Shown here: one piece after another, positions 52,485-64,000 of the stretch
Layout of the letters: every line of letters begins with the position of its first letter
Position numbering within the stretch: the first letter of the stretch is position 1
DNA from: the human T2T-CHM13v2.0 reference genome, Homo sapiens
NCBI RefSeq assembly: GCF_009914755.1
Contig: NC_060946.1
Length of the DNA stretch: 64,000 nt
Strand: one strand, 5' to 3'
The notes under the pieces: generated by a model
Databases searched by the model: none
Seen by the model: only the letters and a program-made list of their open reading frames with translations
What the model was told of the DNA's origin: nothing
Translations under genes and position numbers: made by a program

Positions 52485-55400
52485 GGTGTTTCTCTCTTTT
52501 ATTTAAAAACAGTGCTTCATTACCATGTGCAAAGGCTGAGGCAGTGCTCCTCCTTCGCTTAGAGTTTATAAAAGCCAGCAACATGATCAATAATTTATAC
52601 ACATGGAGAGTAATACAAAAAAATAAGGAATAAAAGCTAAAGATCTAACTACTCCGACCTTCACAATTCCAGCTACTTGATAATAATAGGAGTAACCCAA
52701 TGAATACTGTATGGTCTGAAAGCTACTATACAATATGATTCTTAACGAGAAGGGAAGGGAATTAGAGACTGTCACAAAGCCCTGGGATGCTTCTCTGGAG
52801 TTAGCAGGGAAACAGGACCCTGGGCAAGCAGCTCGGGTGTCCTAGGAAGTGATTCTGGGGGAGGACGGGAGGGGAGAGAGAAGGCTAGGTGGTCGATTAC
52901 ACAAGCATCCCATGTAATGCCCCCATGCCCCAAAGGTACCTGTTTTGCCATGGCAATGGGAGGGGCTGGAGGAACAGCATGTTGCATGTAGGGATGGTCC
53001 GGTCCCTGCCATGGGGAGTGGGGAGAAGAGGAGAGGTTCTGTGGCATTTTGAGCCTTGCAAAGATTTGGACTGAAAAGCTCAGAGACTCAGGTAGGTCAG
53101 CCTGTCAGGGACAAGTACACTCCACCGGCTCTCTTCTCGCTTTGCAGCCCTAGCTTACGCGTGTCAGCCCCAGGTTTGCTCCAGCTATTCACAAGCAGAA
53201 TATAACACAAGAAAAACAATTCATATCCCTTAGGGAAAAAAGAGGATCAATTCATCACTCAATATATAATACAGCCAAAATGAGCTGCCAAAACAAGCAC
53301 ACACACAAATACTGTGAACAGAAAAATACAAGAAAATGACTAAGCTGGGAGTCTTGACGGGGTATGGACATTGCTTAAAGCACTTATCAGTCCCCAGAAA
53401 AACCAAACCAAAAACATTTTTTAAAAATTCAGAAACTCATGTACCCCCTGGGAAACTGGTGTTGGTAACAAAGGGCAGGGGGTGGGGAGAGAAAAGAGAA
53501 TCACTGCTCCCTTTTTGCTCGCCAGTGTGAGTGGAGTCCTCAGGTCACCGGCATGTACACAAGTACCAGACAAGGAGGACCAAGTCCCTCTGCTGGTGGC
53601 CTCCTAAAAGGCAAGGCTTGAGTTTTGGCTGATGAGCAGTTCTCTCCGTTACCAATCCCTGCCAACCAGCACTACCATGGCTGAATTGATCTACCGTTTT
53701 CCTGAGTAAACTGTAACTGGCTACAGTTTCGGTAACATGGAAAAGAACTCAGCTACTACAGCCAACTGCAATACTTCAGGAACCCCCTCCATCCCTGGGC
53801 TCCTCACTCCTAGTGCATCTGATTGAGGAATCTGATAACTTGCTGCAGTCTGGTCTGTTAGCCTCATTTGCAAAGAAAGGTGCCAGGGACTCTATTACAC
53901 TCACTAAACCAGAGGGCACACGCTGGCTTAGGACACCCAGAGCCTACTTGGAAAGGGCCCTGTTTCATGCTCTAGCTCTTGGATGGCTATTGCCTGGCTG
54001 ATCAGTAAAGCAAGTATGAAGGAAGTACATAGGAAAAGGAAAGGGAGGGAAGAGGCTTTTGGACAGTAACATTTCCAAAAAAATATAGTGTTTTATGCAA
54101 CAGAGAATCAAGTTTCACTGTGTATACTACAAATGGTCAAACATTTTCAAGAGCATGACAAAATAAAAACACACAAATTTACGTCTGATGTTCACCTTGC
54201 CCACTATTTTTTTTTCCTATCTTAAAACAGTGCAAACAGGTAACTTATGCTTTTAAAACACCACGACCCCTTCCCCACCCCCCAAAGTCCCTTTCCTCCT
54301 AGTATCTGGGGGAAAATCTGCAATTCTGCAAATGTTACTGCGCTAGAGGTTGCAAGCAGCGGAGAACTGGCTGAACTTGGCAAAAGGCAAGGACTGGTCA
54401 AAGCTTCCCCTTTCTCCTCCTTAAACATCTAAGTGCTTTCCAGTCTGTCCCTTGGTTGGCCTTGTTCTCCTGCCAGAGGGAAGGGGGTTCATCATGCCCT
54501 TCTTGCATATCCTTGGGGTTGCTTCCATCCCTGTTTGATGTCTCCCTCATGTCTGGAAGCTATATAACTAGTTACAGGATGGTAGTGATTAACCCACTTA
54601 TCTGCTAGATCTCTAGTAAAGCATAATTCTAAGCTAAGAGCAGTTTAGCCCCTGAGGAGTCACACATTTGAGGAAAAGCTGCTATCGATGACTTCTATTG
54701 TCTAGATTTCCACTAGCTCCCCTCAGACTAAAAGTTGTGCCCCAGTCCACTTCTTTCTCAAAGAAAAAAAAATGTTGGCTCAATTCAGACTGTGGCTGTT
54801 GAAGGATGATGGTGATAGTAGGTTTTGTTAAACCTGAGAGCCTGACAAATGGTGAATCACAATGGCTGATCTGAGTTAATGGAAATTGAACTAGGTGACA
54901 TGAGGAATTCTGGAAAATGCCTATGGGCAGCTCTCTGGGCTCTAAGAGGGACATGGAGATAAAGGTGTTCACTAGAGGCCTCCTTTAAGGAGCCCAGCTT
55001 CCAAGAGTACAGAAAGTCCAGGTCATGAACTATAGTAAAGCTGAAAAAGAATCATGCATGTACTGTGATTTAGCATCAGTAAGTTTTCTGGAATTATCAG
55101 CCAGCATCCTCTAACAAACTCACGAAATGCCAGACTCCTCTGACTCTCTTTTTTAATACAGTGAGAACCAGAGTCAGGAACAGACAAGCAGTGCTGCTTC
55201 GAGCAACCTGCCTCTGGTGAAGTTGACCGTACGGAGTCTCAAAGTTCAAAAGGTGACGGGGAGGTTGATACTGTGAAATCCAGATGCTTGCAAGAGCCCC
55301 AATTCTCAGTGTTGACACTGAAAACCAAAGACCCTTTCATAAAAAGCAGAACTCCATTTATTCTTTCTTAGAAAAGGGAGCTGGAGGAAGCGGTGTTAAA

Positions 55401-57952
55401 CACCATCCCTGGAAATGCAGCAGAAACCACTGGAAAGCACAGAGCTTGCCTTTGGAGGCCTCAGCCAGAACCAGCTGAACTGAGATGCACTCAAGGTGCC
55501 TCAAGCTCAAGATTCTGCCTCTCTTAAAAGGTCTGTGGGAGCCGCCTTCTCTACCTTTCCCATTATCCTTACCTCTTTCTAGGAAAAAAGAAGAGAAAAA
55601 CTCTTAAACTCATTCTCCTATTCTCCCCTGCTATGGATAAAACCATTTAGAATTTGGCCTAGTCTCCACTGAATACGTGGCTTGCCATCTTTTGGGAATG
55701 GCCCCTTTGTGATCATGACCCCAAACTTCTGTTTTTTTAGTCAGCTAAAGTTCTCCCTCAAAGCAAAAGCAAAAGCAAAATCCTCCCTGCCCCCATTCCC
55801 TAGAACTGTGAAAGCCCGCATCCCATTCCCCGCTCCTCTAACTAAAATATTTATATACATACAACAAAAATTGTCTTAACAGCAACAAACCAAACTTTGG
55901 CTTGGGGTGGGGGGACCCTTAAAAATGGCCAGTGGACTGGGCAGTTGGTGTCCCCTTATTCTCTGTCTTCCTCCCCAGAGTCAGTAATAATTGCATCGAG
56001 GCCTCTAGCTTCCTTGACATCGCCCCTAGTTTCAGGCACAGCCTCTCTCCCAGTTACGAGGCGAGACAGGATTCTGAAGGGGGAAAGGATATGTATTCTA
56101 CACAACAGGTCAACGCCCTCTCAGATATATCACTCTGCTTACAAAGAATGCTTGATGCTGTCATAGGTCAGTCATTTTAATTCAGGGACATGAGTCAGTT
56201 ATCAGTCAAGAACATGTGTGGAGGCAGGAGTTAAAAACAAACCCAAAACAAACCCATAACCAGAAGCTCCATGTCTCTGAATTACTCCCTTTAGCAGCTG
56301 TCCCTTGGGTGAAAGGTCACCCTAGTACCAATGTGACTAGACCAGGGAGCCAAAAAGACCGTGCTTTTCTATTTCCTAATGCCTTCATTTGGGAAATGCT
56401 GTAGGACACTTGCTTTTATCAGTTCTATCTAACAGCTAGAAGAGAAACACTCCCTCCTACCTTGATAACATAGAAAATTACAGCCAGATGGCAACGGCAG
56501 TGACTCACTGCGCGACTCTTTCTGGTGATATAGAAGACCCTTGCCATCGCAGACCCTCCTTCCAATATGGGAGGGCAGCAATCTCAGGGCCTCTGCATTT
56601 TATGTCCTGTAGTGTTAATGTGTACAAAGTGGTCCGGGTGCTCAGCGGGGTGTTTTTGGAGGACAGTGAGAAGCTCAGCGGGATAGCCACAGGCTCAAGA
56701 CTGTGGATAGAGAAGTGACTCATAAAGGCTCTGGAAGATGAAAATTCCTATGGCTTTGGAGCAAGTACAAAGTGCCTCTGCCTGCCCTTCCATGTCCTCA
56801 TCACCAAAACTTCCAGGGACTACTGACCTAGGACCTGGTACTCTATCTTTCCCCAGCAGATTCTTTATTCTATTTTTTAAACTTTGTACTTTCTGAGGCA
56901 AGAAAAAAGTAAGAAATACCAGATCTTCTAATATTCCTTTTCCCTTCCTCACCCTCTTTAATGGCTGTCAACAATTTGTACTTCTAATCCTCAAGACATC
57001 TGGGGGAAATCTGGTCACTGGCTTATTCACTTTTCTGTCCCTGGGTCCTAAATTCCTGAATCTTATGGACATGAGAGCAGGGTGTTAATAAAAGAATACA
57101 TGAGCTAAGCTGTGGTTCAATTAAAGGAGAAGAAGCCTAGAAGGAATGCTAGGTTACAGGAACAAAAAGAAATGATCTTTTTCATACTCCAGAGTTCATT
57201 CTGAGATCGGTTTCCTAATGAGGTGTTTATTATCCACTGTCTGAGAGCACGTTTGGAAATATCAATACTATAATTCCAAAAACTATGCCAGCTGTCTCAG
57301 GCTGTGCGTGTAAGATGATTGTAAAAAGAACGGAGAAGACAGGAGGGAAGAGGAGAGGAAAGCGTCTTTTTAATTCTCCTGCTTTGTAAGCACAAATTCC
57401 TATCTATCAGCATGTGGATTCCAGCCACAGCCAACCAGAATTGCCTGTCAAAGACCAGAAACTCAGAAGACTAGAAGAATATCCTGTTGCAGAAAGATCT
57501 CTTCCACTTCTGCTTGTCCCCCAGTCATTCAGCACCAGATACACTTTGGTAATTCTGTCTGCTGATTTCTGATCAGATGCATTTATCGGCTCCTAATGTC
57601 TCTCCTTCCTCCTTGACTGCCTCTTCCGTGATTGATAGAATAAGCTAAGCACGGACATACAGACATGGAAATGCATTATTTTTTTTTTTTTTACCACAGT
57701 TTAAAAAAAAAAAGAAAAAAATGCACAATCTTTGGAACAAAAGAATTAAAGGCAGAAATTTAAAGGAAAAATACATATTCAAAGAACATAGTGAGGTATA
57801 AAAAAGTATTCTTTCTTTTTTTGTGTTTTTTTTTGTTTGTTTGTTTGTTTTTCCTCTTCATCTTGCTATAGAGTTCCTCTACTAGTAAATATTGCAATAG
57901 CCAGGCCTCATGAACTGGGGGGCTGTCCCATTTGCAGGGGTCTCACGTCACT
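52485..57952 (-). other. RBFOX2: RBFOX2 long 3'UTR (~5.5 kb)
   Basis: Transposon-free unique sequence from the stop codon to a minus-strand AATAAA at 52503-52498, followed downstream by GU-rich sequence. Confidence 0.85.
52498..52503 (-). terminator. Distal polyadenylation signal AATAAA of RBFOX2
   Basis: Plus-strand tttatt at 52498-52503; a TGTGTGT element lies ~25-30 nt downstream on the minus strand. Confidence 0.8.
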
Positions 57953-57997
57953 TCAGTAGGGGGCAAATCGGCTGTAGCCACCTCGGTATAAACTCGC
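57953..57997 (-). CDS. RBFOX2: RBFOX2 last coding exon (ASLYRGGYSRFAPY*)
   Basis: Acceptor ttaattactgcAG; ends in the RBFOX-family RFAPY C-terminus; TGA at 57955-57953. Confidence 0.97.
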   Translation of the reverse strand, partial: ASLYRGGYSRFAPY

Positions 57998-59670
57998 CTG
58001 CAGTAATTAAAGAGATAAAAATAATTAAAAGGTTGATGAGAGAAGCATTAACAGTGAAGAAAAATGTCCAGAGAGGGATCTAGAAACAGCCTGCTTCGAA
58101 GCCTCAAAGCAACTGATCAAGCATTGCCTTGTGCAGTGAAGTCAGGAAACCAACTTCTGCTTCTAAGGTGCTCAGACCAGAGCCCAACACATTTATTGCT
58201 GACCTGATATTCTCAAGGAGAGTATGACGACATTTTATTTCATTATTTACATGAATTAGCACAGAAGGGAAACAATACACAGTTGAAAACAAGTTCCGCA
58301 AAGAGTTTGATTTTTAAAAGCACAGGTTTTTGTTTACCTTGATACAGCCTTATAATCCTGGTGGAAAACAGATCACCAGTTTCTCCTTCTCACATATGAC
58401 CCATCGGCAGTGCACGTTACTTCTGACACGATCCCTGCCATGTGTGGTCACAGCCCATGTTTGAGATGGTGCCACATCTAAACCTGAGCCAGTCTTTAAT
58501 AAAGTCTGTTTCCTCTATCATCTACGAAGCACACCAACTAGGCTGTTTCTTGACATATTCACATTTACATATCTAGCTGGGGTTTTAACTAGGCTTTATT
58601 CCTTTATGTTTATCAAATGACTTTATCTAATGGCTTATCTCTTTCAATTAGAAGTTTCCCAGGAATGCATCTTTCTCAGGTCATTCTTTTAGCATAGGAC
58701 TTATATCATTTTAGGACGAAATACAACCTCAGGCACTTCTACCACTGCCGTTATATTGTAATGCTCTACTTCATTTATAAACATATATTCCCTCAGGGCC
58801 CCCTATTACTTCCTTCCACAAATCTTCATCAGTAGAAATTTGGTGTGAGAAGTAGCTTTCTCATATTCCTTTAGGTCTTACATTTTACATTTCATTCTGT
58901 CTCCTTTTCAAACAACTCTACCCATGTCCAGAGGTAGTTGCCCAGTTGCATTTTGGATTAGAGAGAAAGCCCTGGCAGAGGTGTCACTGTGGAATGGCCT
59001 GTCTTTGTTGCAGCCTGTGAGTCCTAATCACTGAAACTGGAGGCATCCAAGCCAACACAATAATACTGCAGTGAGGTGGTTGGTCAGAAGAAATTATGCT
59101 AGTTCTATGGACTTCTTCGATACTTCTATCAACAACACCATATTTTGCCACAATTGTTATCAATAATCAATAATAAAATATCCTATAAAGCATTCACTTA
59201 GGAATTTCTAGTACTATCTACCAGAAGGCTTAGGAAGAGCAGAGACATCCTTTAGATTTGCATTTGAAACTTAAGTTTTTGAAAAGCTTACTGTGAATAC
59301 TACAGCCTTATGCTCCATGCTCCTTTGCCAACACCTATCAATGAAACTATGCCACAGGTATGCACTCAACATTTGAACCAATAGAAAACATTCACCAGTT
59401 CCCCTATTTCTCTCGCAAATCATGCCACTACTCGGGGCATATTATCAATGATCATTCCTTTCTGCTGCCCTTAACTAGGCCATGTGGCTCACATTATAAT
59501 AACACACAAATAAAGAGGGTGACATGAAACTTCCAGGTAGATCTATGTGGCTTTAATACCTTGATGGTGGATGAAAGGCTGAATTTACTACCTCCCTAGA
59601 TCTTCTGTAGTCTACGGGTAAAAGAAGGAATGAAATGGTTTTATAAAGCAATGGTATATTATATACTTAC

Positions 59671-59743
59671 CACAGCGCCAACTCCATAGCTAGCGGCAGG
59701 GGCAAGGGCATGGTAGGGGTCGGCTGTGTACACCCTGCCATAA
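59671..59743 (-). CDS. RBFOX2: RBFOX2 penultimate coding exon (YGRVYTADPYHALAPAASYGVGAV)
   Basis: Minus-strand acceptor tttcttctttccAG and donor GTG|GTAAGT; 73 nt; frame continues from the previous exon. Confidence 0.96.
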
Positions 59744-60183
59744 CTGGAAAGAAGAAACACAATCAGACAGATAAAGAAAAGTGTATGATCTAAAAAAATT
59801 AAAGGGATTACTGTGCTTTAAGACTTGTGAGTCACTTGGTCTTGGATTATCATAAGGAAACTGGAATTACAAGGAATAGGAAAAAACCTTTCTATTTCTA
59901 CTCCCAAATGCAATAACTGAAAAAAATCTGAAGTACTTCCATAAAATGGAAAAGAAAGGAGTTGGAGATGAGGAAGAGAGGGACTGGAGTCAAAGTCAAA
60001 GAAGAGATGAGAACAAGAAAGAGGGAGTGGAGGACAGAGTCGGTGCCTTGTGCTTTAGGCATGACAGAGGCCATCAAGAGGTCTGCAGAAAGCCCAGGCT
60101 GGCAAGATGCCCGATGTGCTAAGAGCTGCTGTGGAAATGGTGAAGGGAGGAAAATGGGTGACATTTTGGGATGGAACAGCTCT

Positions 60184-60189
60184 CATGCA
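60184..60189 (-). promoter_or_regulatory. RBFOX binding motif UGCAUG in an RBFOX2 intron
   Basis: Plus catgca = minus TGCATG, ~31 nt downstream of the donor at 60220. Confidence 0.55.
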
Positions 60190-60220
60190 TCCCAAAGCTC
60201 ACCACTGTCTCTGTACATAC

Positions 60221-60309
60221 CCGTCACTGTAAGCGGCTGCAGCGGCTGCAGCAGCGGTGGCTGCGGTTGCAGTAGCAGGCTGTGCATATCTGTAGGCTGC
60301 ATATCCACC
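60221..60309 (-). CDS. RBFOX2: RNA-binding Fox-1 homolog 2, third-last coding exon (GGYAAYRYAQPATATAATAAAAAAAAYSD-G)
   Basis: Minus-strand acceptor ctcttctctcctgtAG and donor GG|GTATGT; 89 nt; encodes the Ala/Tyr/Gly-rich Fox-1 C-terminal domain. Confidence 0.96.
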
Positions 60310-60870
60310 CTACAGGAGAGAAGAGAACTGACTTTACAGATACCTCTCCCCCCAGGTGTACAGAAAAACACACACCCGCCCACACACAGACGTACACACA
60401 TGTAGACACAGGGACTGACACAAACATAGACACACACATGGGAAGAAAATGTTTCAAACTGCATCAGTCTGCATGTTATTATTCCTCCAATAAAAAATTA
60501 AGCCCTACGATATGCAAGGATTTGCTTTCCAATTTGTGATAGTATTAAAAGTAAAGTTTGGTAGTACCTGTTAAATACAAGGAATGAAGATATGATTTTG
60601 AATCTGTCTTACTTCACAGTCTTTGTTGGAACTTTCAAAAGCGAAAATATTTACAGCAAGTTGGGAGCACTCTGACAAGAAATATAAATTATAAAGTTAA
60701 AATATATGAAATCTGTATGTGTTGACTTCAGATTCTCTAACGTGTTCTTGGATTGATTCATTAATAAGAGACTACAGCATGTAACAGAAACCTCTGCTCC
60801 ATCCGGCCTAGCATGTTTGCCAAGAAGCTAAGATAATCAGGTAATATTTAGAAGGAAAAACAATGTAGAT

Positions 60871-61010
60871 CAGGGGTCAGCAAACTCTGGCCTGTGAGCC
60901 AATGCAGCTTGCCACCTGTTTTTGAAAGTACTTGTGACAGAGACCAATGTCCTACAAAGCCAAAAATATTTACCACTTGGCCCTTTACGGAAAGTTTGCC
61001 AACTCAGATC
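60871..61010. mobile_element. MER58-type hAT DNA transposon in an RBFOX2 intron
   Basis: caggggtcagcaaact...aaaatatttacc...ggccctttac..aaagtttgccaac. Confidence 0.65.
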
Positions 61011-64000
61011 TACATTTCATACTTGAGCAAATCAATTACAAATTTCTGAGGATTCTTTGGCTGGATTCAAATAGATCAGGAACCCTGCTTCTAGCACTTA
61101 ACTGCATTTTCCTTCCCTAAAAGGTTTTGAGATTCTTACATATTAATCTTACAGTAGACTCTGAGCTTTTCTTCCAATAGTCCAAATATCCTCTCAGTCC
61201 TAAAGAATTTCAAACCATCACATCCTTCTATTTCAACTCAGTTTAGATAACTCAAATATACAAAAGGTTTTCACTATCAGGGTGAATCATGCACTCTTTC
61301 AGAAAGCATTTCAAGAGACAATCACAACAACAAATGCTTGCCACATGAGACAGGATATTTTTAAAAGTGGCAAACTCTACTTTTTATTATTTATGAAATA
61401 GAATTCATCTATTTTACCTAAACGTAATTCAGATGCAAATTTTTATTATTGGCCTTTCACTATCAAAAACAACTATGTTCAACTGGCCCAACTGAACATC
61501 ATTTCAGTAGTGAACAATAGCATAAACATTTTATTTCTGTGGATAAAATGTGCTCATTTCTCATGGATATCTGAAGGTTTCTGCCCTGTGCTTTCTACTT
61601 CCTATTTTTTCAAATGTTCGATTTTTCTAAATCTACAAAAGAAATTTCAAATTTACTTCTGTATCATTTCTTGGGATTGAGAACAACTATTTTCTAAGGG
61701 GACCCCTGTTCTTCTTAACCATCTTGCATGGCAAGTCCTAGCTTGCTTCTTTTATTTGTTACCCCTTATTTTAGAAATACCTATAATTTCTTATGAGCTT
61801 CTAAAGCCTTTTGCTTCTTCCTTATATAATTTATGCTTTCTCTAAATGAAGAAACTGCATTGTGAGGGAAATTTATTCCTGCTCTTCAAGTTTATGCTGC
61901 TTGAAGTCAGGGTAGTTTCAAATGTACTTAAAAAAATCCCTGACTGGCTTTCAGTGGTTATACATTATTCCTCCTTTGTTTTTCAAATGAGTGACTTAGA
62001 AAGTAAACATTTCCTTCTTAATTACGAATTCTTCCAGAGATATATGAAGACTCTAATTAATATTACCAAACACTGACAATGAAATGGTAATGAATGGGAA
62101 CATGGCAGGAAGCACCCTTGGGGGCCGTTTCTGATCAACATGGTTCCTTGGAATTCTAGCCAGGATCTGGGCAAAGCTGTAAATCCTGGCCACAACATAA
62201 TTAAACTAACTAAAGTATTTCTTTACCTTTTTTTTTTTTAAGCATTTGTTAAACAAAGCAAATGTTAATTACAGTTGGAATTTTAACACTAAAATGAACC
62301 CTAGTAATTTTTCATTATAACTAGAGATGGTTCCATTAGTTTAGAATTTGTTTGCTAGTGTAAAGTTACAGCAGGGCTATTTAGTAAAACTTCTTTGCAA
62401 ACAAGGGTAATTCAGCATTTTACTCTTTAGTATTACTCCAACCATCAAAGTAACATTAAAAAAATTTTAAAGTTAAGGCAACAAAAGCAGTTAAAGCCCA
62501 ATTCATGTTTACCTAGGTAAAAAAATTAAAAACTGAAGTCTTATGCCATACGGCAGAGGTATAAATTCTTGCAAAGGGATACTGAGGTTCAAAAGTACTC
62601 AACCAAGGGTAGGTTTCACACCTGACTCTCAGGAAGACTGAGTGAGGTACTGGAGGTACGATCTCTGAGTATTCTATCAAATCATGGCTTTAAGCTGTAT
62701 TCTTAAAAAACAGGTTCTAAGTGAGGTTGCTGACAGAACCAATTTCCCCTCATTTTCCTAGGCCTACAGGAAGCCATAGGAACCTTGGTGGTTTAGGAGT
62801 AATGTTACTGCTAATCAAAACAATTCAAATGGATCAGACTATGGAAAAGAATCTTCCTTCCAATCCAGAAGGAGATGGAGAGAATCTATCTGTAGCGGTT
62901 TCCTTCTTTGATAAGTCAAGTCTGACTTTGAAGTTTAAACATGATGAAGTTCTCTGCTTTTCAAGTGGAAGAAAACAGAACAGGGTTGGCAAATACTTTA
63001 CTGAAAACAAAAGGCTCAAGAATATCAGCACTAAGAAAAAACACATGAAGAGTTTTTTTTAAAGCAGATGACTTTAACATGATTATTCTCCTGATTACTT
63101 TATAATAATGGCATTACAGAGAAACCTTTAAAAGATGAACTATTTTAGGATAGATAGGCAATATCCTACTAAACTAACTTGGTAATTCACTAATGACTAC
63201 TCCAAAAGTAGAAAAATTAATTGTGTATCATGGATGTATTCCTCTCTCTCTCTCTTACACACACACACGCACACACACACATACACTTACTCGAAAGTAT
63301 TTTTGCTGCTTTATTCAACAAAACATATCACAAAATGTGAGAAAAAGAAAATTCAGATATATTTATTTCTATTCCAGATTTCAAAGTGCATAGAAATTTC
63401 AGGCTGAGAAACCGTTTTTTCAGCTTTCACTCTTACTAGCAAATCTAAAGGCTTTTATAAAACATGAGAACAAAGTGCAGTTTGAAACACCAAGGTTTTC
63501 ATTACTGTTTCTTAAGTTTTTCAAAAAGAACAAGGGTGGGAAGGAGGTAGAAGAGACAGGGTTCAGGCGTGGGGAGGGATATGGCGCCACATTTATTAAT
63601 CACATTAAAAACTAAGCATGCCAACATCTGGAGCTAAACAACCAGCAAAATCACCACGTTCAGACTCGTATTGGCTAACTCTATCTATCCCAGCATTCTC
63701 TTGGGACAGCGGTTTGCCCTAGGCTCTACCACAAGCTCGGTGAAGTACACAGCCTCAATTACTAGAGCGTGCAGCCACAACGACCTGGTATTACGGAAAC
63801 AGTCAGTCACCACTTGAGTTAACATTCCATACCCTAACGACTGGCCCCTCCCCAGCCCAAAGAAATAGTCAATCTTGCCCACCCTAGCCCTGGCCCACAC
63901 CACAATGTTAATAATTATAACAAGCAGTAACCCATCTGTTATATCAGAGAAGGGAACAGAGACTCCACTGAGAGATTTAGAGTGAGATGTTAACATTTCT

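Noticed and set aside
63685-63996. 103-aa minus-strand ORF as an extra RBFOX2 exon
   Set aside because: No similarity to RBFOX2 sequence that I recognise and no convincing splice-site pair; treated as intron.

Overview
This is primate, almost certainly human, genomic DNA that I recognise as the APOL5-RBFOX2 interval (chr22q12.3). It contains the complete APOL5 gene on the + strand: four coding exons at 31625-42651 that splice to 433 aa, plus a non-coding last exon. Convergent with it on the - strand are the last three coding exons and the ~5.5 kb 3'UTR of RBFOX2. Also present are a processed MRPS16 pseudogene (~17.5-17.9 kb), a ~12.2 kb SATR1/SATR2-like satellite (5.05-17.2 kb), a 51-bp minisatellite fused to a truncated Alu, several ERV LTRs, DNA-transposon and LINE relics, and over 30 Alus. 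Nearly all ORFs in the supplied track are Alu, satellite or shadow ORFs. I found no prokaryote-type system (no CRISPR, tRNA or rRNA) and cannot claim a new biological system. The best leads are: (1) the satellite's repeated forward / AT-rich spacer / inverted modules and higher-order duplication; (2) candidate unannotated upstream APOL5 exons; (3) the dual-frame RBFOX2 C-terminus with a frame-neutral alternative donor next to a UGCAUG; (4) a 173-bp LTR copy that brackets APOL5 exon 3; and (5) the VNTR-Alu junction. Repeat family names are from memory of consensus sequences, and repeat boundaries are approximate.
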